Source: an uncultured Candidatus Saccharibacteria bacterium
GTDB taxonomy: Bacteria; Patescibacteriota; Minisyncoccia; Phycocordibacterales; UBA9973
DNA: 64,000 bases
Assembly: GCA_964606285.1 (NCBI GenBank)
Contig: CAZSFP010000001.1
Span: 69,376-133,375, forward strand
Reading direction: 5' to 3'
Below are positions 39,055-49,340 of the stretch, one piece after another. A model generated the notes under the pieces. The model saw only the letters and a list, made by a program, of their open reading frames with translations, was not told the origin of the DNA and made no database searches. How positions within the stretch are numbered: position 1 is the first letter of the stretch; the number at the start of each line of letters is the position of its first letter. Position numbers and translations under genes: made by a program.

Positions 39055-40716
39055 CTAGGAATTGTGGGCATGGCTCCTTGACCCGCGGGAGAGGTGCTGT
39101 CGGATATCTTCGATGGTGCCACCGACTTTTTTACCGGGATTAAAGATATTGAGCGGGTCAAACATGTCTTTGACTGCTTGGAAAAGTTTGACGATATCTC
39201 CTCCGTACATTTGGACAAGATATGGTGTTCGGATGATGCCGTCATTGTGTTCTGCGGTGATTGATCCGCCGTATCGGATGACGAGCGTATAGACACGCTT
39301 TGAGAGATTGAGAATGATACCTTCGGATGGAGGTTCGGCCATATCCATAAGCGGAATAATATGAAAATTTCCATTTCCCGCATGGCCTGCGATCGTGTAG
39401 ACGAGTTTGTATTCACTAAGCAAAGCTTGGAGTTCCGGAAGAAATGTCGGTAAGTGTTCCGGTGGAACGATGATGTCATCGATAAATGGTGCGGTTTGTT
39501 TGCCTTTGACATGACTACGGAGGAGATTGAAACTTTCATGGCGAATGCGCCAATATTTCTCGGCCTCGAGTGCATTTACTGCGATTCGATATTTGTAACC
39601 ATATGGTTCTATTGTTTGCGCAACGAGAGACAGTTTTCGTGCAACTTCGTCTTCTGTGTCACCTGCCATCTCAACAAGTAAAACAAGTTTCGGCATGCCA
39701 CCGCGAAGAACGAGCCAAAGATCTGGTAAAAATTGCCAAAGAAGTTTCAGTGATTGTATAAACCCCATTTGTTTGACGAGTGACGGTGCGAAACGAACAG
39801 CAAGTTTCATACTGTAATCATCATAGGATTCGAAACTTTCCGGTTCGAGTGGCAAGATCTGGTCGACAACTTCACCGAGTTTTTGGATATGCGGCAAGAA
39901 TATCGCAATAAGGTTCTGATGTTTTTGTACCGGTACGAGACGGAAGGTAATTTCTGTCACAATGCCAAGTGTTCCCTGTGAACCAACGATGAGTCGACAA
40001 ACATCAAATGTCTTTGTTTTATCATCAAAAATATTCCAGAGATAATAGCCAGCAGAGTTTTTGGAAACCTGTGGTCGTGCCAGTGCGATGATTTCTTTGT
40101 TCTCACTAATGAGAGAAAATAATTTTCTATAGAGCTCGCCAATGAGTGATTTCTCCGTCATTTTTGCTGAGAGTTCTCGTTCACTGAGTGGGCGAATCGT
40201 ATATTCATAGCCATCAGAGAGGATGATGTTGAGTGATGCGATATAGTTTTCTGTTTTACCGTACTTGATACTTTTTTCTCCACCGGCATTGTTGCCGACC
40301 ATACCACCAACAGCACAGAGATCTTTTGATGCGGTAAATGACGGCATGATGACACCACGTGCAAGTGTTTCTTTTTCCATATCGCGATAATAAACACCTG
40401 GTTCGACGACCGCATATTTCTCATCAATAGAAATGATGTGATTCATATATCGAGTGACATCGATAATAATCGAATCATTCACTGCGCCACCAGACATATC
40501 AGTTCCAGCTGCACGAACGGTGAGTGAGAGATGCGGGAACTGTACTTTGTGTTTCCCTACCCATTTGACCAATTCTTGAATGTCAGCACTGTCTTTGGGA
40601 TAGACAACGAGTTCCGGACGGATTTCAAAGAGACTCGCATCACGTGAGTATTTCTCGAGTATTTCTCGGGAATCATCGATATCACCTCGAAAAAATTGTC
40701 TGATTTGATCCTTCAT
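39055..40716 (-). CDS. FAD-binding oxidoreductase (D-lactate/glycolate dehydrogenase-like)
   Basis: AAGTDMSG, GGMVGNNAGG, GSQGTLG, GHAGNGNFH, AEHNDG, FNPGK. Confidence 0.9.
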   Translation of the reverse strand: MKDQIRQFFRGDIDDSREILEKYSRDASLFEIRPELVVYPKDSADIQELVKWVGKHKVQFPHLSLTVRAAGTDMSGGAVNDSIIIDVTRYMNHIISIDEKYAVVEPGVYYRDMEKETLARGVIMPSFTASKDLCAVGGMVGNNAGGEKSIKYGKTENYIASLNIILSDGYEYTIRPLSERELSAKMTEKSLIGELYRKLFSLISENKEIIALARPQVSKNSAGYYLWNIFDDKTKTFDVCRLIVGSQGTLGIVTEITFRLVPVQKHQNLIAIFLPHIQKLGEVVDQILPLEPESFESYDDYSMKLAVRFAPSLVKQMGFIQSLKLLWQFLPDLWLVLRGGMPKLVLLVEMAGDTEDEVARKLSLVAQTIEPYGYKYRIAVNALEAEKYWRIRHESFNLLRSHVKGKQTAPFIDDIIVPPEHLPTFLPELQALLSEYKLVYTIAGHAGNGNFHIIPLMDMAEPPSEGIILNLSKRVYTLVIRYGGSITAEHNDGIIRTPYLVQMYGGDIVKLFQAVKDMFDPLNIFNPGKKVGGTIEDIRQHLSRGSRSHAHNS

Positions 40717-40772
40717 GTGACTTCAGTATAACGCATGTTTGCGATATCGCGCATTGTTGATACACTGTTTTT

Positions 40773-41687
40773 ATGACTACACCTTCAAACGTGGGATATG
40801 ACAAAAAACTCTGTATTCTTCCTTTTGACCACCGCTCGTATTTTACAAATTTGCTCGGCTTCGGAGATACGTTGACCGATGAACAAAAAAAAGAATTATC
40901 TTCGTACAAAAAACTCATTTACGATGGCTATGAAAAATCGCTCGGCATGGGTGTCGACAAAGATATTTCAGCGATTCTCGTCGATGATGTCTTTGGTTAT
41001 GAGCTTTTGATTGATGCAAAATCCAAGGGGTATACGACACTCCAGAGTACTGAAATCAGTGGTATTGATCATCTCGAATTCGAACACGGCAACGAATGGC
41101 AATCATGGATCGAAAAAGTCCAGCCGACATTTACAAAAGCACTTGTTCGATACAATGTTGATGGAGATAAAGATCTCAATCAAAAGACTTTAGAGAATTT
41201 GAAAAAATTATCTGACTATTCACATGCGAACGGCTATAAATTCTTGATCGAACCACTTGTTCCAGCAACAGAAACACAACTCAAAGAATTGGGTGGTGAC
41301 AAATCTCGATACGATCATGAACTTCGTCCAGATCTGACTGTTCGAATGATTACTGAGATGCAAAATGCGGGCATCGAACCAGATGTATGGAAAATAGAAG
41401 GCATGTATACGGAAGCAGATTATCAAAAAGTAGTAACTACTGCGCAATCGGGTGATCGAACACATGTCGGCATTGTCTCACTTGGAAGAAATGAAACGGA
41501 TGATGTCGTCGAACTTTGGCTTCGAACTGGCGCAAGAGTCTCTGGTGTCATCGGCTTTGCTGTCGGTCGGACAATCTTCCTCAATGCGCTCATGAAATAC
41601 AGAGAAGGTTCCTATACCTCCGATCAAGCCTCAACCGAAATCGCCGAACGATTCGTTCATTTTTATAACGTGTTTAATGGAAAATAA
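40773..41687 (+). CDS. DUF2090 class I aldolase-like protein (IolC C-terminal domain family)
   Basis: LPFDHR, PDVWKIEG, LGR, GFAVGRTIF. Confidence 0.88.
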   Translation: MTTPSNVGYDKKLCILPFDHRSYFTNLLGFGDTLTDEQKKELSSYKKLIYDGYEKSLGMGVDKDISAILVDDVFGYELLIDAKSKGYTTLQSTEISGIDHLEFEHGNEWQSWIEKVQPTFTKALVRYNVDGDKDLNQKTLENLKKLSDYSHANGYKFLIEPLVPATETQLKELGGDKSRYDHELRPDLTVRMITEMQNAGIEPDVWKIEGMYTEADYQKVVTTAQSGDRTHVGIVSLGRNETDDVVELWLRTGARVSGVIGFAVGRTIFLNALMKYREGSYTSDQASTEIAERFVHFYNVFNGK

Positions 41688-41697
41688 AAAACTACTC

Positions 41698-42183
41698 TTA
41701 TTTAAAAGAAGTAGTTTTAGTAAAAATATATTCCATGTAGTTTTCCTTTTTATCCATCGTAGATATAATCACAACCGTGATTATAAATCCTAAATGATAT
41801 GCCAAGAGGTCATATGGATCTATTTGATTTTTTATAAATAATTCATCAAAAAGCCATCCAATAAGTCCACAGAAACCAATCATTAATAAGTGTTCCTTGT
41901 AGTATTCTTTTACCTGCGATATGTAACTACTTAAAAACATTGTAGCAATCACGAACATTGGTATTGCTGAAAAATCAGAAAGATAAAATCGTATTATTCT
42001 GGGAATCTCATAATAGTCTTGCATATGTCTTCCCAAAGGTGTTAAGAAGGAAAATATTCCGAAAATAATCATTTGCCACGGAGCATTATTTCGAATAAGT
42101 ATATACAGAATATAAACAGAAACTATGTATCCCAAAATTGCTTCTGGGGGAAAATAAAATATGATATCTAGTAAATCATCCAT
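41698..42183 (-). CDS. Multi-TM hypothetical protein (AT-rich cassette)
   Basis: Hydrophobic ORF, DPYDLLAY motif; TTTACT-16-TATAAT promoter. Confidence 0.7.
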   Translation of the reverse strand: MDDLLDIIFYFPPEAILGYIVSVYILYILIRNNAPWQMIIFGIFSFLTPLGRHMQDYYEIPRIIRFYLSDFSAIPMFVIATMFLSSYISQVKEYYKEHLLMIGFCGLIGWLFDELFIKNQIDPYDLLAYHLGFIITVVIISTMDKKENYMEYIFTKTTSFK

Positions 42184-42282
42184 GTATATTAATTTAAATG
42201 TGTTTCGTTATATTATATCATAAATATTAAAAAAGTAAATAAAAAAACCGCTCCGTAAAAATGTGGAGCGGTTTCTGTTTCT

Positions 42283-42509
42283 TTGTCGAGATTCATAAGG
42301 GGAACACGTCTCACCTTATGGTCTATTCTACTTCTTATACATATTCTTAAGCCCTATTCTTATTCAAACCGTATCCAATACAGTAAGCGGAGAAGGTGAT
42401 GCTTGTATAATAATAAAATCTAAAATCAATTTGTGTTCTTCACAACAGCAATTGCACTGTGGACTGTACTCCGGTAATTCCACCTGTAACAAATGATTTT
42501 AAGCGACAA
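42283..42509 (-). ncRNA. Candidate structured RNA or long structured 3' UTR
   Basis: ORF-free; several nested inverted repeats closed by TTGTCG/CGACAA; terminator at 42241-42274. Confidence 0.4.
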
Positions 42510-42516
42510 TGTTTTA

Positions 42517-42705
42517 TTATTTTTTATTTTCCATTATCAATCGCTCAATTTGATTGAAACGAGTAATTATGAACATAACTGAAATAAAAATTGCAGAAGC
42601 TAAATAAACAGTTGTATATTTACTACCGTTTATTGCTGCAAGTGCAGAAAGAGTAAATAAGAATGCAATAATTAAAACAAAGATAACTTGAATTATTTTT
42701 GACAT
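42517..42705 (-). CDS. 62-aa two-TM membrane peptide
   Basis: Hydrophobic ORF; TTGACT-17-TACAAT promoter at about 42838-42810. Confidence 0.65.
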   Translation of the reverse strand: MSKIIQVIFVLIIAFLFTLSALAAINGSKYTTVYLASAIFISVMFIITRFNQIERLIMENKK

Positions 42706-42875
42706 GGTATTTGATTTTTAAAGGTTAGTGTGTAGTTAGTTATTTTTATATCCGTTTGACGGGTGCAAAAATAACTAACTAGTATATAACCAAACTTATT
42801 CTTTTTATATTGTATCATATTAAATTATAAAAGTCAATATAAAATAACCTTGTTTTATAAGGTTATTTTTGAGGT

Positions 42876-43739
42876 TTATTTACTAAAGAGGCTTTTCCAG
42901 TCAGTCGAGAATTTCTCTATTCCCTTTTCGGTGAGGTCATGATGGATATCATACAGGGTCCAATCCTGCTCGTGAAGGTCTTTGTAGGCGATGCGTGTCT
43001 TGTCTGATACGAGAAGTTCATAGTCTTTTGGATCTTTTTCGAGTCCATATGCTGCCCATGCTTCAAGTATTGAAAGTGGTGCGGTAATGATATCTGTTTC
43101 ATTTTGAAAACAATAAAAGAGATGGTCGAGACTGCGGATACTTGCACCGAGCACCATGACATGACTATTCCACTGTCGATACATACGGAGAATGTTGCCG
43201 ATGATGTCACGTCCTTCGAGTCCGATATCATCAAGTCGTCCGATAAATGGCGAAACATAGACTTGTCCTCGTTTCGCACCGCGAGTTGCCATATGTACTG
43301 CGGCCGCTTGATCCTGTGAGAAACATAGTGTCATGTTTACATTGATATTTTCTGCAACTAAAACATGCGCCACAGAAAGTCCAATCTGTGTTGTTGGAAG
43401 CTTCACAAATATTCCCGGAAACCATGTCGCGAGTTTTCTTCCCTGTTCGAGCATATCTTCATATGACGTTGTCGCATCGGCATAGACTTCGACAGAGATT
43501 GAACCATTTGGAAGAATTTCATGAATCTGTTCAGCGACCGTGCGATATTCTTGCCAGATTGATTCCCCTTGCAGTAATCCTTTGTCTTTCATTTCAGAAA
43601 TATGCGGATTTTTCGCTACCAGTGATGGGTTGGTTGTTTGACCATCTAGATATCCGAGAAGTTCAACCACTTGTTTTGTTTCTGTGGGATTCCCGCTATC
43701 GAGAAAAATCTGTGTTTTGAGATATTCTGGTCTTGTCAT
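42876..43739 (-). CDS. tal: Transaldolase
   Basis: LDSG, TTNPSL, SVEV, VKLP, NMTLCFS, SPFIGRLDD (Glu/Phe pattern of Tal, not FSA). Confidence 0.92.
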   Translation of the reverse strand: MTRPEYLKTQIFLDSGNPTETKQVVELLGYLDGQTTNPSLVAKNPHISEMKDKGLLQGESIWQEYRTVAEQIHEILPNGSISVEVYADATTSYEDMLEQGRKLATWFPGIFVKLPTTQIGLSVAHVLVAENINVNMTLCFSQDQAAAVHMATRGAKRGQVYVSPFIGRLDDIGLEGRDIIGNILRMYRQWNSHVMVLGASIRSLDHLFYCFQNETDIITAPLSILEAWAAYGLEKDPKDYELLVSDKTRIAYKDLHEQDWTLYDIHHDLTEKGIEKFSTDWKSLFSK

Positions 43740-43792
43740 AAAAAAATTATATCACATGTACCCAAAAGAGTATCTATGCTAAAATATTCCAC

Positions 43793-44809
43793 ATGGAACC
43801 CATAAACAGAAAAATTGATTTTCTAGCAATTGGTGATGTCTTCAATGATACATTTATCGAACTCGAAGACGCGCATGTCACCTGCAACATCGACAATGCC
43901 AACTGTACTATCTCTATGAAATTTGGTGACAAACTTCCCTACAAGAGCGCTTCTGTTGTTCGCGGTGTTGGTAATGCAGGCAATGCAGCAACTGCTGCAG
44001 CGCGTCTCGGACTCTCTTCTGCACTCCTTACTATTACAGGTAACGATGATGACGGACAAAAAATATTTGATCATTTTGCAAAAGAACATGTCTCACAGCT
44101 GTTCATGAAAAAAGACGTGACGTTGCCGACCAACAATGCGTATGTTCTCAAATATGGCCCGGAACGAACTATTCTCGTCAAACAAGAAGCCTATCCCTAT
44201 ACTGTTCCTGTCGAACTACTCAATCAAAACAAACCGAAATGGATCTATCTCACATCCATCGGCAAAAGTACTGTCCAGTTTCATCACGATTTAGTCGGAT
44301 GGCTCACTGAACATCCAGAAATCAAACTTGCGTTTCAGCCTGGTACATTTCAAATGATCTTGGGTAAAGACGAACTTGTGGACGTGTACAAGAGAACCGA
44401 TGCCTTTTTCTGTAATAAAGAAGAAGCACAACGAATTCTTAATCTCCCTGATGCAGATTTTACCGAACTTCATACCGCCATGCGTGGACTCGGACCAAAG
44501 ATGGTTATCATCACGGATGGTGTGAATGGTCTGACAGCATCAGACGAAGATGGAAAAGTGGTATTTCTCCCAATGTATCCTGATCCGAAACCACCGATCA
44601 GTCGTACTGGCGCTGGTGATGCGACATCATCGACGATCGTTGCGGCACTGTCTCTCGGTCTACCATTTGAAGAAGCAGTGACTTGGGGACCAGTTAATTC
44701 GATGAATGTCGTCCAACATGTCGGTGCCCAGGAGGGTCTCCTTTCTCGGGAAAAAGTGCAGGAATATCTTGCCGTGGCACCAGAAGAATATAAATTAAAA
44801 GACCTCTAA
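43793..44809 (+). CDS. PfkB-family carbohydrate kinase
   Basis: GNAGNAA, NKEEA, ITDG..G, TGAGDA. Confidence 0.93.
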   Translation: MEPINRKIDFLAIGDVFNDTFIELEDAHVTCNIDNANCTISMKFGDKLPYKSASVVRGVGNAGNAATAAARLGLSSALLTITGNDDDGQKIFDHFAKEHVSQLFMKKDVTLPTNNAYVLKYGPERTILVKQEAYPYTVPVELLNQNKPKWIYLTSIGKSTVQFHHDLVGWLTEHPEIKLAFQPGTFQMILGKDELVDVYKRTDAFFCNKEEAQRILNLPDADFTELHTAMRGLGPKMVIITDGVNGLTASDEDGKVVFLPMYPDPKPPISRTGAGDATSSTIVAALSLGLPFEEAVTWGPVNSMNVVQHVGAQEGLLSREKVQEYLAVAPEEYKLKDL

Positions 44810-44810
44810 T

Positions 44811-45569
44811 ATGGAAGATCCAAATAAAAAAATAGACATTGATAAAATACTCAAACAAAATCCCGATGCAACAGTCGGTGATTTCAAGATAGCTGGTGAT
44901 GGACTACAGTATCAACCGAAAGAAAAAGAAAAGGTTAAAAATTCTTCAGAAAAAGATACGGAAACAATCAGAATTATTAAAAATTTGAAAATGGATCTTG
45001 AAAAAGAATTACAAGAAAGAAAAAAACTCTTGGGGATGACATTTGAGACAAGTCCGGGGATGACTGATATGCGCGATAGTCTAATCAATATCAAAATAGA
45101 GAAAATAGACAATCTCAAACAAGTCATAAAAGAATTTGAAAAAAGCAAAGATTACAAAGAAAAAAAGGATCGTAGTGACGAAGACACTATATTGAGCAAG
45201 CTTGGAACAGAACTCTCTGTTATAAAAATTCTTGAAAAAGCAAAGGCGGTTGACCTCCCTGATGGAATACAAAAAATAAAATTTGAAAAAATGATATCCA
45301 TTCTTGAAGAATCAATATTGGATTATTATGATCACAAAAAACAAAAAGAGAAATTGGTAAAGATTTTCAATGACGGAAAACTTCTTTTAGACAAAGAATC
45401 AAATCCAAAAATTGAAGTAAATGGTAAAAAGATGGCCCTGGATGAAATCTTGAAATCAATCCGAGAAATTGAAGAAAAAATGCTTATAGAACAAGAAAAC
45501 AAACTCAATGCAATAATCGAATTACGATTGGCGTTGGATGATGAGAATGAACAGGAAAATGCAAATTAA
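44811..45569 (+). CDS. Lys/Glu-rich coiled-coil hypothetical protein
   Basis: 252-aa ORF starting 1 nt after pfkB stop. Confidence 0.8.
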   Translation: MEDPNKKIDIDKILKQNPDATVGDFKIAGDGLQYQPKEKEKVKNSSEKDTETIRIIKNLKMDLEKELQERKKLLGMTFETSPGMTDMRDSLINIKIEKIDNLKQVIKEFEKSKDYKEKKDRSDEDTILSKLGTELSVIKILEKAKAVDLPDGIQKIKFEKMISILEESILDYYDHKKQKEKLVKIFNDGKLLLDKESNPKIEVNGKKMALDEILKSIREIEEKMLIEQENKLNAIIELRLALDDENEQENAN

Positions 45570-45572
45570 TAT

Positions 45573-45941
45573 ATGTTTAACTTCAACAAGAATTTTCTCG
45601 ACAGAATAATAAAACGAGACAAAGAAAAGATAGAAAACTCTGACCTTTTGCCGGAGCATTTCGATACAAAAAAGACATGGTTTGAGACGGTAACTGAAAA
45701 TCCCGAAGGAAACCGAGGAGAACGATTTGAGACCGATCAAACACGAAAGATAGAAGAACTGAAAAAGGACATCGTGCAATTACAAAACCAGAAAAAAATC
45801 GCCGCTGAAAATCACGATATCAGTGAATTTGGTGAAATACATCCAGCAGTATTTGAAATGATGCGACGGGAAATACAGGATATCAATGACAAGATGGACA
45901 AAAAACAAAAAGAAATTGACGATCTTGTCGGAAACAATTAA
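45573..45941 (+). CDS. Charged coiled-coil hypothetical protein
   Basis: 122-aa ORF; stop overlaps convergent transketolase stop. Confidence 0.75.
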   Translation: MFNFNKNFLDRIIKRDKEKIENSDLLPEHFDTKKTWFETVTENPEGNRGERFETDQTRKIEELKKDIVQLQNQKKIAAENHDISEFGEIHPAVFEMMRREIQDINDKMDKKQKEIDDLVGNN

Positions 45942-46933
45942 CCTTTTCTGTTCAACACTTTTACAACAGTTGCACTGATATCATCCCGTGTCATACTGTA
46001 TTCTTTGATGAGTTGTGTCGGAGTACCCGACTGACCATATCGATCATGAACGCCGATGAATTCTATCGGTACTGGAAACGCTTGTGCGAGGTATTCGGCA
46101 ACGGCACTGCCCATACCACCGGCGATCTGATGTTCTTCGACGGTCACGATCGCTTTGGTTTCTCGAGCAAGAGCAATGATTGATTCAGTATCTAAAGGTT
46201 TGATAGTTGCGAGATTGAGAACTTTGACTTTGATCCCCTTCTTTTCCATATCTTTGGCAGCAAGGAGTGCATTGTGGACGAGTGCACCCGTGGCAATGAT
46301 ACCGACGTGAGCAATACCGTCTGGTTGATACATGATTTGCGCTTTACCGATCTCAAATGGCGTATCAAGTGTCGTCATGATAGGTGTTTTCTCACGAGCA
46401 AGACGGAGATATGCGGGTGATCCCAGTTTTGCCAGTGCAAGCGTTGCTTTGCGAGCTTCGATAGCATCACATGGGGAAATAACGGTCATATTTGGGAGGA
46501 CACGCATGAGAGCGATATCCTCGACTGCTTGGTGTGTACCACCATCAGGGCCGACAGAAATACCGGCATGTGAACCAACAATGATCACAGGACGATCGTT
46601 GTAAGTGATCGTAGTTCGAATCTGTTCCCAGTTTCGTCCGGGTGAAAACATGGCATAACTCGAACAAAACGGGATCTTGCCCATAGCAGCCATACCTGAG
46701 GCGACGGTCACGAGATTTTGTTCAGCAACACCGATCTCGACAAATCGTTCAGGAAAAGATTCTTTGAAAAGATGCATCTGGGTTGATTCTGTGAGATCGG
46801 CGCACAATGCGACGATATTTTTATCCAGCTTACCTGCTTCCAAAAGTCCTTCGCCAAATCCTTTGCGAATCGGTATTTGTTCGACATCGTCGTTGAACAA
46901 TTTTGTATTTAATTTTAATTTAGGATTAAGCAT
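45938..46933 (-). CDS. Transketolase, C-terminal subunit
   Basis: ADL..S, GVAEQN, GPDGGTHQ, EEHQ..GG.GS. Confidence 0.95.
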   Translation of the reverse strand: MLNPKLKLNTKLFNDDVEQIPIRKGFGEGLLEAGKLDKNIVALCADLTESTQMHLFKESFPERFVEIGVAEQNLVTVASGMAAMGKIPFCSSYAMFSPGRNWEQIRTTITYNDRPVIIVGSHAGISVGPDGGTHQAVEDIALMRVLPNMTVISPCDAIEARKATLALAKLGSPAYLRLAREKTPIMTTLDTPFEIGKAQIMYQPDGIAHVGIIATGALVHNALLAAKDMEKKGIKVKVLNLATIKPLDTESIIALARETKAIVTVEEHQIAGGMGSAVAEYLAQAFPVPIEFIGVHDRYGQSGTPTQLIKEYSMTRDDISATVVKVLNRKG

Positions 46934-47150
46934 TGTTTTCTATTTTAACAAACCTCGGAACTTCTATACCATCAATTTCAACCATTCCTTCAAATTCGGC
47001 GAGAGTTCGAACCCAATATTTTGAAAGTTCGTTGTCATAGAGAGATTCATAGACCACTACTTTTTCTTTTGTGGCTTCATCGAGGGCAAGAAAATGCACT
47101 TGATGCATTTTTCCTGTTTTTGAATGTTTGTATATACCTGGAGTTATCAT
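46926..47150 (-). CDS. DUF1653 family protein
   Basis: GIYKHSK.G, VVYESLY, WVR...EF, PRF. Confidence 0.85.
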   Translation of the reverse strand: MITPGIYKHSKTGKMHQVHFLALDEATKEKVVVYESLYDNELSKYWVRTLAEFEGMVEIDGIEVPRFVKIENNA

Positions 47151-47154
47151 AGAT

Positions 47155-48054
47155 TTATTGATGTTCACTTTTAATTTTTCCGCCCAATGTTCGAAGTTCT
47201 TGGAGCGCGATTTTTACCTGATCTGCTTTTGGTGGATCACCCGCGACATCTTTTTTACCAAATGGATCACCGTGCCAACGAAAATCACCCTCTGCAAAAG
47301 AAACACCTTTGCCAGGAATCGTATGAGCGATGATGACTGTTGGTTTTTCAAATACTGTCCGCGCTTCACCAAATGCAGCATTGAGTGCTTCGAAATTGTG
47401 TCCATCAACTTCGATGACGTGCCAGTTGAATGCCCGCCATTTGTCAGCAAGTGGCTCGAGTGGCATAATGTCTTCGGTATAACCATCGATTTGGATGTTA
47501 TTCCGGTCAACGATAGCTGTGAGGTTGTGTAGTTTTTGCTTGCCGGCAAGGAGAATTGCTTCCCATGTATTCCCTTCATCATGCTCACCGTCAGACATCA
47601 GACAAAATATTTGCTTTTGAGTTGTGAGACCATTGTCTATCTTGTCAGCGATCGCCATGCCCACGGCTTGGGAGAGTCCTGAACCAAGAGGACCTGATGA
47701 TGTCTCGAGCCATGGCATATATTCGCGATGTGGATGACCTTGAAGTCGTGAACCAAATTTACGAAGTGTCTTGAGTTCCTCCATAGGAAAATAACCAGCA
47801 TGTGCCATTGTGGCATAGAGCACGGGACAAATATGACCATTCGAGAGAACGACACGATCTCGTTCTGACCAATCGGGTCGAGATGGATCATGACGGAGAA
47901 TGTGAAAATAGAGTAATGTAAAAATATCCGTCATACCGAGAGGTCCTGCAGTATGACCAGATCCGGCTTCAACCAACATATCAATGATCGATATGCGAAT
48001 ATCATTTGCTTTTTTTTGCAACGCTACAATTTTTTCATCCGAGAGAAATGACAT
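47155..48054 (-). CDS. Transketolase, N-terminal subunit
   Basis: SGH, RDRVVLSNGH, LQGHP, SDGEHDEG..WE. Confidence 0.95.
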   Translation of the reverse strand: MSFLSDEKIVALQKKANDIRISIIDMLVEAGSGHTAGPLGMTDIFTLLYFHILRHDPSRPDWSERDRVVLSNGHICPVLYATMAHAGYFPMEELKTLRKFGSRLQGHPHREYMPWLETSSGPLGSGLSQAVGMAIADKIDNGLTTQKQIFCLMSDGEHDEGNTWEAILLAGKQKLHNLTAIVDRNNIQIDGYTEDIMPLEPLADKWRAFNWHVIEVDGHNFEALNAAFGEARTVFEKPTVIIAHTIPGKGVSFAEGDFRWHGDPFGKKDVAGDPPKADQVKIALQELRTLGGKIKSEHQ

Positions 48055-48114
48055 GTGTATAGTATAACGTAGATAAAAATAAAAAAAACCTCCGGTGTGG
48101 AAGGTTTTTTAAAA

Positions 48115-48858
48115 TTATTGAAACGATTCAAATTCTTTAATCGCTTCACCGGGATCCATGGTGTTGTATATCGCTGAACCGATAACGAGACGGGTTGCAC
48201 CAGCGTTTATGAGTTCTTCTGCGGTATCGAAATTGACTCCCCCATCTACACTGATGTCGATATCCGGAAACATTTGGCGAAGGGTTTGGATCTGTTCAAG
48301 AACACGCTCATCAAATGGTTGCGCTTGATAGCCGATGGTTTCGATACCCATACATTGAACGAAATCAACATTGGAAATGATTGAAGAAAAATCTGAAACA
48401 GTATCTGTTGTTTCTATTGCGATGCCGATCTTTGTCTGTTCTCGGACATAGATATCGATCGCTTCGAGAAATTCAGCGAATTGTTCCCTGTCATCATCTT
48501 TTTTCAAATGAAAAACAATACTGGATGGTCCCATTTTCAAATAGGAATCAAAATGCTTCATACCATCAGCCACCATGAGATCAAATTCAAAGTTCATTTT
48601 CTCCCAATACGGCAAGCCTTCCTGTTCATCGAGAATCGCCTGCGCGTGTTGATCTATACCGAACAATCCATCATCGTCTTCATCTTCTGATGGTCCTTTC
48701 TTTTTTATTTTTGCATAAAATGGCCAGGTGATCGTATCTGAAAATGTCCCATCGCATATATCGATCTGTACCATGTCCACCGTACCCAAAACAGCTGAAA
48801 TCTTTTGTTTCAAATCTTCGTGTGTTTTTGGAAGTATTGCTGGAGTTATTTTTATCAT
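48115..48858 (-). CDS. rpe: Ribulose-phosphate 3-epimerase
   Basis: QIDICDG.F, DLMV, GYQAQPF, VDGGVN, VIGSAI. Confidence 0.92.
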   Translation of the reverse strand: MIKITPAILPKTHEDLKQKISAVLGTVDMVQIDICDGTFSDTITWPFYAKIKKKGPSEDEDDDGLFGIDQHAQAILDEQEGLPYWEKMNFEFDLMVADGMKHFDSYLKMGPSSIVFHLKKDDDREQFAEFLEAIDIYVREQTKIGIAIETTDTVSDFSSIISNVDFVQCMGIETIGYQAQPFDERVLEQIQTLRQMFPDIDISVDGGVNFDTAEELINAGATRLVIGSAIYNTMDPGEAIKEFESFQ

Positions 48859-48861
48859 ACA

Positions 48862-49299
48862 TTAAATCTTATAGAGTCTTCTGATATGCCGTTCTTCATG
48901 AGAAAATGCTGTCTCAAGAAATAGTTTGACTGCTTCTTTTGCTTCATCAATACCGACAAAGCGCGCACCGATCGAGAGAACGTTCGCATCATTGTGTTCG
49001 CGAGCAAGTTTTACTATTTCCAAATTGCCACCATAGTAGACCGCGGCACGGACATCAGGAAATTTGTCCGCAACCATGTCTTCACCCTGACCAGAACCAC
49101 CAAAGACGATCCCAACATTGTTTTCAGGGTCGTCTGACACTGCGCCCGCAGCTTTTTTGATAAAATCAGGATAATCATCGTTTTCATCATAGACAAAAGC
49201 ACCATGATCGAGAACGTCTCGTCCTTCATTGACCAAATATTTCATAATTTCATTTTTGAGCTCAAACCCTGCGTGATCTGTGGCTAGGTGAATTTTCAT
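48862..49299 (-). CDS. rpiB: Ribose-5-phosphate isomerase B
   Basis: DHAGFELK, DDYPD, GGSGQGE, REHNDAN, RHIRR. Confidence 0.96.
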   Translation of the reverse strand: MKIHLATDHAGFELKNEIMKYLVNEGRDVLDHGAFVYDENDDYPDFIKKAAGAVSDDPENNVGIVFGGSGQGEDMVADKFPDVRAAVYYGGNLEIVKLAREHNDANVLSIGARFVGIDEAKEAVKLFLETAFSHEERHIRRLYKI

Positions 49300-49340
49300 G
49301 TACACAGTATATCAGAAATAATAATTCCTCGAAAATACAA

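Noticed and set aside
38490-39575. Long antisense or alternate-frame ORFs over rplY and the FAD oxidoreductase (and similar shadows elsewhere)
   Set aside because: Shadow frames of well-supported genes with no motifs
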